Assembly: GCA_021795135.1 (NCBI GenBank) | Contig: JAJYPT010000003.1 | Span: forward strand, 1-32,054 | Length of the DNA stretch: 32,054 nt | Source: Actinomycetes bacterium | Lineage (GTDB): Bacteria; Actinomycetota; Acidimicrobiia; Acidimicrobiales; JAJYPT01 | Reading direction: 5' to 3' | In this document: piece after piece, positions 27,799-32,054 of the stretch | Position numbering within the stretch: the first letter of the stretch is position 1 | Layout of the letters: each line of letters starts with the position of its first letter | Made by a program: the position numbers and the translations under genes | The notes under the pieces: generated by a model | Seen by the model: only the letters and a program-made list of their open reading frames with translations | Database searches by the model: none | What the model was told of the DNA's origin: nothing

Positions 27799-28581
27799 AT
27801 GTCGCATAGTCTGGATTTGTTTACACCTCAAATCATTCAAGATGTAAAGTCTGTTATAGATGCATCTAATAAGATAGTAGCTCTGACTGGAGCTGGTATT
27901 TCTACAGAATCAGGCATTCCTGACTATAGAGGTCCTAATGGAGTTTGGAGTAAAAATCCTATTTTAAAAAAGACTTCAAATGTGCATTACTATATGAATT
28001 CTTTTGAAGTTAGACAGCTGGCTTGGCAAGATCGAGTTGAATCTCCTATTTGGAAAGCTGAACCCAATAATGCTCATTTTAGATTGGCAGAGCTGGAAAA
28101 AAGAGGAAAACTAACTGCTATTGTTACTCAAAACATTGATCGCTTACACCAAAAAGCAGGATCACAAAAAGTTATTGAGCTTCACGGTAATGTATTTGAA
28201 GCTGTTTGTTGTTCTTGCGCCCGGCGTTATCCAATGCCAGAGGTCATACAAAGAGTTTCTCCCCAAAACTTAGATCCACGATGTCTACACCAACAAGGCC
28301 AAGAGGTCTGTAATGGAATTCTGAGATCATCAGCAATAGGTTTTGGGGAAGTTTTGAATAAATCTGATTTAGAAAGTGCTTATAGCTATATCTCAAATTC
28401 AGATTTGTTAGTAGTTGTTGGGTCAAGCTTGGTGGTGCAACCAGCTGCGAAATTGGTTCCTTTTGCAAAAAAAACAGGAGTAAAAGTAGTAATAATCAAT
28501 GCTAGTGCTACTTGCCATGATACTTTAGCTGATTATTTTATACATGCTCCTATAGGTAAAGTGATGACGGAGATAATATAA
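27799..28581 (+). CDS. Sir2-family NAD-dependent deacylase (sirtuin)
   Basis: GAGISTESGIPDYRG, TQNIDRLH, ELHG, FGE, GSSLVVQPA. ATG at 27799 preferred over TTG at 27757. Confidence 0.93.
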   Translation: MSHSLDLFTPQIIQDVKSVIDASNKIVALTGAGISTESGIPDYRGPNGVWSKNPILKKTSNVHYYMNSFEVRQLAWQDRVESPIWKAEPNNAHFRLAELEKRGKLTAIVTQNIDRLHQKAGSQKVIELHGNVFEAVCCSCARRYPMPEVIQRVSPQNLDPRCLHQQGQEVCNGILRSSAIGFGEVLNKSDLESAYSYISNSDLLVVVGSSLVVQPAAKLVPFAKKTGVKVVIINASATCHDTLADYFIHAPIGKVMTEII

Positions 28582-28610
28582 CGCTTGAGATAATACAATG
28601 AGGATCTAAA

Positions 28611-29477
28611 TTGAATTTTGGAATAGCTGTAGCATCAGGGACTTTCAAAGGAGTATTTGGACATGGAGTCCTTTCTACTTTTGAAGCAGAAGGAATCCTA
28701 GCCAGTTCCTATTCAACAGTATCGTCATCTGTTTTATCAGGTGGATTTGCAGCAATTGGCCAAGCTAATGCAATAGGTGTTGATTATTGGATAGAAGTAG
28801 CTGGTTCAAATAAATCTATGAGTGAAATAGTACTAGAAAGTATAGAAAAATATGGACCTATTTTGCGTGAAAAATTATTTCATCCAAATACTCCAAGATT
28901 TTTGATAGGTACAAGTAGAGTTGCCAACCAAGAAGCTGCCGATCTTGTTCAGAGTCCCCAAGCAAAACGTCTGGGTAAAAAGCTACTTCTAGAAGCAGCT
29001 CGTCAAAATTCATCTTGGGTGAAACAAAACTTAGAGATCCAAATATATGATTCTAAAGATCCACAAAAAAAAGATCTTTTGCTAAAAGATGATAATTTTG
29101 ACGAAGTTGCTTATGCATCTACTCGAATGCTTCATGCTTGGGAAATACCAGCACAAATACAAGGACAAGCTTATGTTGACGGGTCCTATACGAGTTCGTG
29201 TTTGTCTAAAGAATTAGCAGATATTGGCTGTGATGTGATAGCAGCAATTGGGACAGAGCCGGGAACTTTTTATCGGGATCTAGCTAAAACACAAGAGATA
29301 GATAAAGATATCAATATACAAAATACCAAATTAGTTCTAATTCAGCCTCCTTTTGATCTAGCTACTTTAGGAGTTGATTTTACTAAAGCTAGCGAAGAAG
29401 GATTATCTCAAAGCTATCAGTTAGGAATAGAGACTGGACAAAGTTTCCTAACTGAGTTGAATAAACTTGGTATTTGA
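28611..29477 (+). CDS. Divergent patatin-like protein
   Basis: ASGTFKGVFGHGVL (Gly-rich loop), TVSSS at the GxSxG position, ASTRM, YVDGSY (DG motif). Motif order fits patatin but is degenerate. Confidence 0.6.
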   Translation: MNFGIAVASGTFKGVFGHGVLSTFEAEGILASSYSTVSSSVLSGGFAAIGQANAIGVDYWIEVAGSNKSMSEIVLESIEKYGPILREKLFHPNTPRFLIGTSRVANQEAADLVQSPQAKRLGKKLLLEAARQNSSWVKQNLEIQIYDSKDPQKKDLLLKDDNFDEVAYASTRMLHAWEIPAQIQGQAYVDGSYTSSCLSKELADIGCDVIAAIGTEPGTFYRDLAKTQEIDKDINIQNTKLVLIQPPFDLATLGVDFTKASEEGLSQSYQLGIETGQSFLTELNKLGI

Positions 29478-29757
29478 TTGTTAGGAAAATTAATCTATGC
29501 CTTAGTTATTTTGAAATAAAGGTGACCTTCAGAACTGGAAGATCAGCTATATTTCCATTGTCTATTAGATTTAATCCAGTTTGGAAGATTTTATACTAAT
29601 TGATACTTGTTTTAAAGGGTATAGGTTTATTTGATATCTATATAGTTTTTATTGATGGGAAACATTGTTGTAGTTTTTTTGTTGTATTGTAAGAGTTTCT
29701 AGAGCAAAATTTTATTATATATAATTATTTAGATTGATATTGAAGGGCGCGATGCCA

Positions 29758-30942
29758 ATGGCTAATATGAGGGATCTTTTAAGTAGCGTCAAATCCCAAA
29801 TAAAAGAAATAGATACAGAAGAAGCTGAAAAATTAATAGATTCTTCTGCTCCAATTGTTCTATTAGATGTTAGAGAGTCAGATGAATATGAACAAGGAGC
29901 TATTCCTGGTGCTTTACATATACCTAGGGGTTTTTTGGAATTCCAAAGCGAAGGTAAACTCCCAGATAAAAATACTCCTATTCTAATTTATTGTGAAAGT
30001 GGAGGTCGCTCTGCTTTTGCTGCAAAAACTTTACTTGATTTAGGATATTCTAAAGTCCAATCTTTGGCAGGAGGATTTGGGAAATGGAAAAATGAGGGCA
30101 AACCCTGGCAAGCCCCAGCCACTTTAAATGCAGCTCAACGCAATCGCTATCACAGGCATTTATTGTTACCTGAAGTGGGGGAAAAAGGACAAAAGAAACT
30201 TTTAGAATCTAAAGTATTGTTACTAGGTGCAGGTGGACTGGGTGCTCCGGCAGCTTTATATTTAGCAGCAGCAGGAATTGGAACAATAGGAATAGTGGAT
30301 ATGGATGTAGTTGATGAATCTAATCTTCAACGCCAAATTATCCATAATCTAGAAAGAGTAGGACAAAGAAAAGTTGATTCTGCCAAAGTAGCCATAGAAG
30401 GAATAAATCCTGATGTAAAAGTTATTACCTATGATGTTAGGTTGGGTGCTGATAATATCTTAGATATTATTGATGGTTACGATGTAATTGTAGATGGAAC
30501 AGATAATTTTCCAACTCGTTATTTAGTCAATGATGCATCTCTTTTGAAAAATATTCCAGTAGTTCATGGTTCAATTTTTAGATTTGAAGGACAAGCAACT
30601 GTATTCAAGCCATATGAAGGGCCCTGTTACCGTTGTATGCTGCCAGAACCTCCTCCTCCAGAATTAGCTCCTTCTTGCGCAGAAGCAGGGGTGTTGGGAG
30701 TTTTGCCTGGAATAATTGGATCTATACAAGCACTAGAGGCTATAAAAATAATTTTAAATCTAGGAGATCCTTTAGTAGGGCGTCTTATGGCTTATGATGC
30801 CTTAGAAGAGTCTTTTAGAACCTTTAAAGTCCAAAGAGATCCAAATTGCCCAGCCTGTGGTCCACAAGCTGGTGAAATTGTTATTGCTGAATATGACGAG
30901 CTATGCATGCCTCACCCAGTGAGTGCGCCAGCTGGGGTATAA
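29758..30942 (+). CDS. moeB: MoeB/ThiF-family adenylyltransferase with N-terminal rhodanese domain
   Basis: LDVRE..IPGA..YCESGGRS..LAGG rhodanese; then RYHRH, GAGGLG, SNLQRQ, DGTDNF, CYRC, CPAC. Start uncertain (29734/29752/29758). Confidence 0.9.
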   Translation: MANMRDLLSSVKSQIKEIDTEEAEKLIDSSAPIVLLDVRESDEYEQGAIPGALHIPRGFLEFQSEGKLPDKNTPILIYCESGGRSAFAAKTLLDLGYSKVQSLAGGFGKWKNEGKPWQAPATLNAAQRNRYHRHLLLPEVGEKGQKKLLESKVLLLGAGGLGAPAALYLAAAGIGTIGIVDMDVVDESNLQRQIIHNLERVGQRKVDSAKVAIEGINPDVKVITYDVRLGADNILDIIDGYDVIVDGTDNFPTRYLVNDASLLKNIPVVHGSIFRFEGQATVFKPYEGPCYRCMLPEPPPPELAPSCAEAGVLGVLPGIIGSIQALEAIKIILNLGDPLVGRLMAYDALEESFRTFKVQRDPNCPACGPQAGEIVIAEYDELCMPHPVSAPAGV

Positions 30943-30974
30943 AAAGATAAAACTTTATTAAAAATAAATAACTT

Positions 30975-31007
30975 ACTAAAACAGGTCCTAGATGGACCTG
31001 TTTTAGT
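30975..31007. terminator. Bidirectional intrinsic terminator
   Basis: ACTAAAACAGGTCC / GGACCTGTTTTAGT perfect 14-bp stem with a 5-nt loop, between convergent moeB and carboxylase genes. Confidence 0.88.
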
Positions 31008-32054
31008 TTATTCAAAAATTATTATTGTATCCCCATTGCTCAATGAGTCTCCTACTGAGACTAAGATTTCTTTTACAACTCCATTTTGATCAGCTAGTAC
31101 ATTATTTTCCATCTTCATAGCTTCTAATACACAGATAATTTCGCCTTGTGCAATGCTTTGGCCAACCTCTACAGCTATTTTCGTAATTACTCCTTGCATG
31201 GGGGCAATAACTGTCTTTGATGCAGAACCATGATGTTTTCGAGAAGATCTACTCAAGGGTTTAGAAGCTTGAGCAGGGATAGCTTGGGGCAATTGAGAAT
31301 TAGGAGATATCCATAATTTTACGTTGAATAACTTTCCATTTACTTCTGCTTGGATTTGTTGTTCTTGGAGGGCAAGTTGTTTGTTTGGGCTAGTTGTTTC
31401 TAAAGAAGATATATTGGAAAAATTAAGCTTTTCTTCTACCCATTTTGTTGAATAGTTATTGTCTTGAAAATCTTTATGGTCAAGGATTGCTTTGTGAGCT
31501 TCGATATTGGTTTTGATACCTTGAATTTTGATCTCAGTTAATGCTTGGAGCATCCTTTTTATAGCGATTTGTCGATTGGGGCCCCAAGAGATGAGTTTTG
31601 CCACTAAATTGTCGTAAAAACTTGGAAGGCTATCTCCGCTTTGGTACCCAGCATCTAGTCTTATGCCTAATCCGCCTGGGGTATCGAATTGAGTAATAGT
31701 TCCAGGAGTTGGGCTAAAGAGTCCTCCAGAAACATCTTCAGCATTGATTCTGCATTCAATAGAATGCATATTGGGATCGAAAGTAGCTTTTTTATCTTTT
31801 ATAGATTGTCCTGCTGCTATTTCTATTTGAAGGCGAACTAAATCCAAACCGGTGGTCATTTCTGTCACTGGATGTTCTACCTGAAGACGAGTATTCATCT
31901 CCAAAAAATAAAATTTATCTTTTTCATATAAAAATTCAATGGTTCCTAAATTTTCATATCCACAATGCTTTGCTATTTTGAGCGCAGCTTGTCCCATAGC
32001 TTGGCGTACTTTAGGACTCAATCCTGGAGCTGGGCATTCTTCTAATAATTTAGA
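31008..32054 (-). CDS. Acyl-CoA carboxylase alpha subunit (biotin carboxylase + biotin carrier), 5' end outside window
   Basis: Frame is open to the window edge (KLLEECPAP). EMNTRLQVEH, ECRINAED, YDNLVAK and EAMKME biotinylation site. Confidence 0.94.
   Translation of the reverse strand, partial: SKLLEECPAPGLSPKVRQAMGQAALKIAKHCGYENLGTIEFLYEKDKFYFLEMNTRLQVEHPVTEMTTGLDLVRLQIEIAAGQSIKDKKATFDPNMHSIECRINAEDVSGGLFSPTPGTITQFDTPGGLGIRLDAGYQSGDSLPSFYDNLVAKLISWGPNRQIAIKRMLQALTEIKIQGIKTNIEAHKAILDHKDFQDNNYSTKWVEEKLNFSNISSLETTSPNKQLALQEQQIQAEVNGKLFNVKLWISPNSQLPQAIPAQASKPLSRSSRKHHGSASKTVIAPMQGVITKIAVEVGQSIAQGEIICVLEAMKMENNVLADQNGVVKEILVSVGDSLSNGDTIIIFE

Noticed and set aside
446-28468. Short ORFs antisense to or nested in real genes (e.g. 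2995-3249, 10622-10975, 11882-12259, 23768-24112, 26870-27370)
   Set aside because: Shadow frames of well-supported CDSs, with no motifs or RBS.
29478-29733. AT-rich gap with a short open stretch on the minus strand (IFQTGLNLIDNG...)
   Set aside because: No start codon or RBS and no recognisable similarity. Treated as the moeB promoter region.
1-32054. CRISPR array, tRNA, IS/transposase, integrase, prophage
   Set aside because: No periodic repeats, cloverleaf or mobile-element proteins seen.

Overview
Bacterial chromosomal window, AT-rich (roughly 35-40% GC by eye). Gene content and protein sequences look actinobacterial, most like Acidimicrobiia (inference). Left to right: the 3' part of a SUF Fe-S operon (sufB, a Cys-rich unknown, sufD, Rieske ferredoxin, sufC) plus a cupin; a LacI-regulated sugar-uptake block (Fn3-GH39 glycosidase, Opp-type ABC transporter); a convergent HSL-family esterase bracketed by a 12-bp direct repeat; a second sufC and an MBL-fold hydrolase. 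Then a 2-oxoacid dehydrogenase/cofactor region: thiE, HhH-GPD, aceE, rnhA, lpdA, E2, a LipB-LipA fusion, PduO-type adenosyltransferase, pepA, sirtuin, patatin-like protein, rhodanese-MoeB and a partial biotin carboxylase/BCCP. The most striking feature outside the ORF track is a ~210-nt structured + strand element at ~15667-15878. It opens with 19 nt complementary to the 16S rRNA 3' end, carries a 14-codon CTG-start ORF and three hairpins, and ends in a perfect 32-bp palindromic terminator. No rRNA, tRNA, CRISPR array or transposase was seen.
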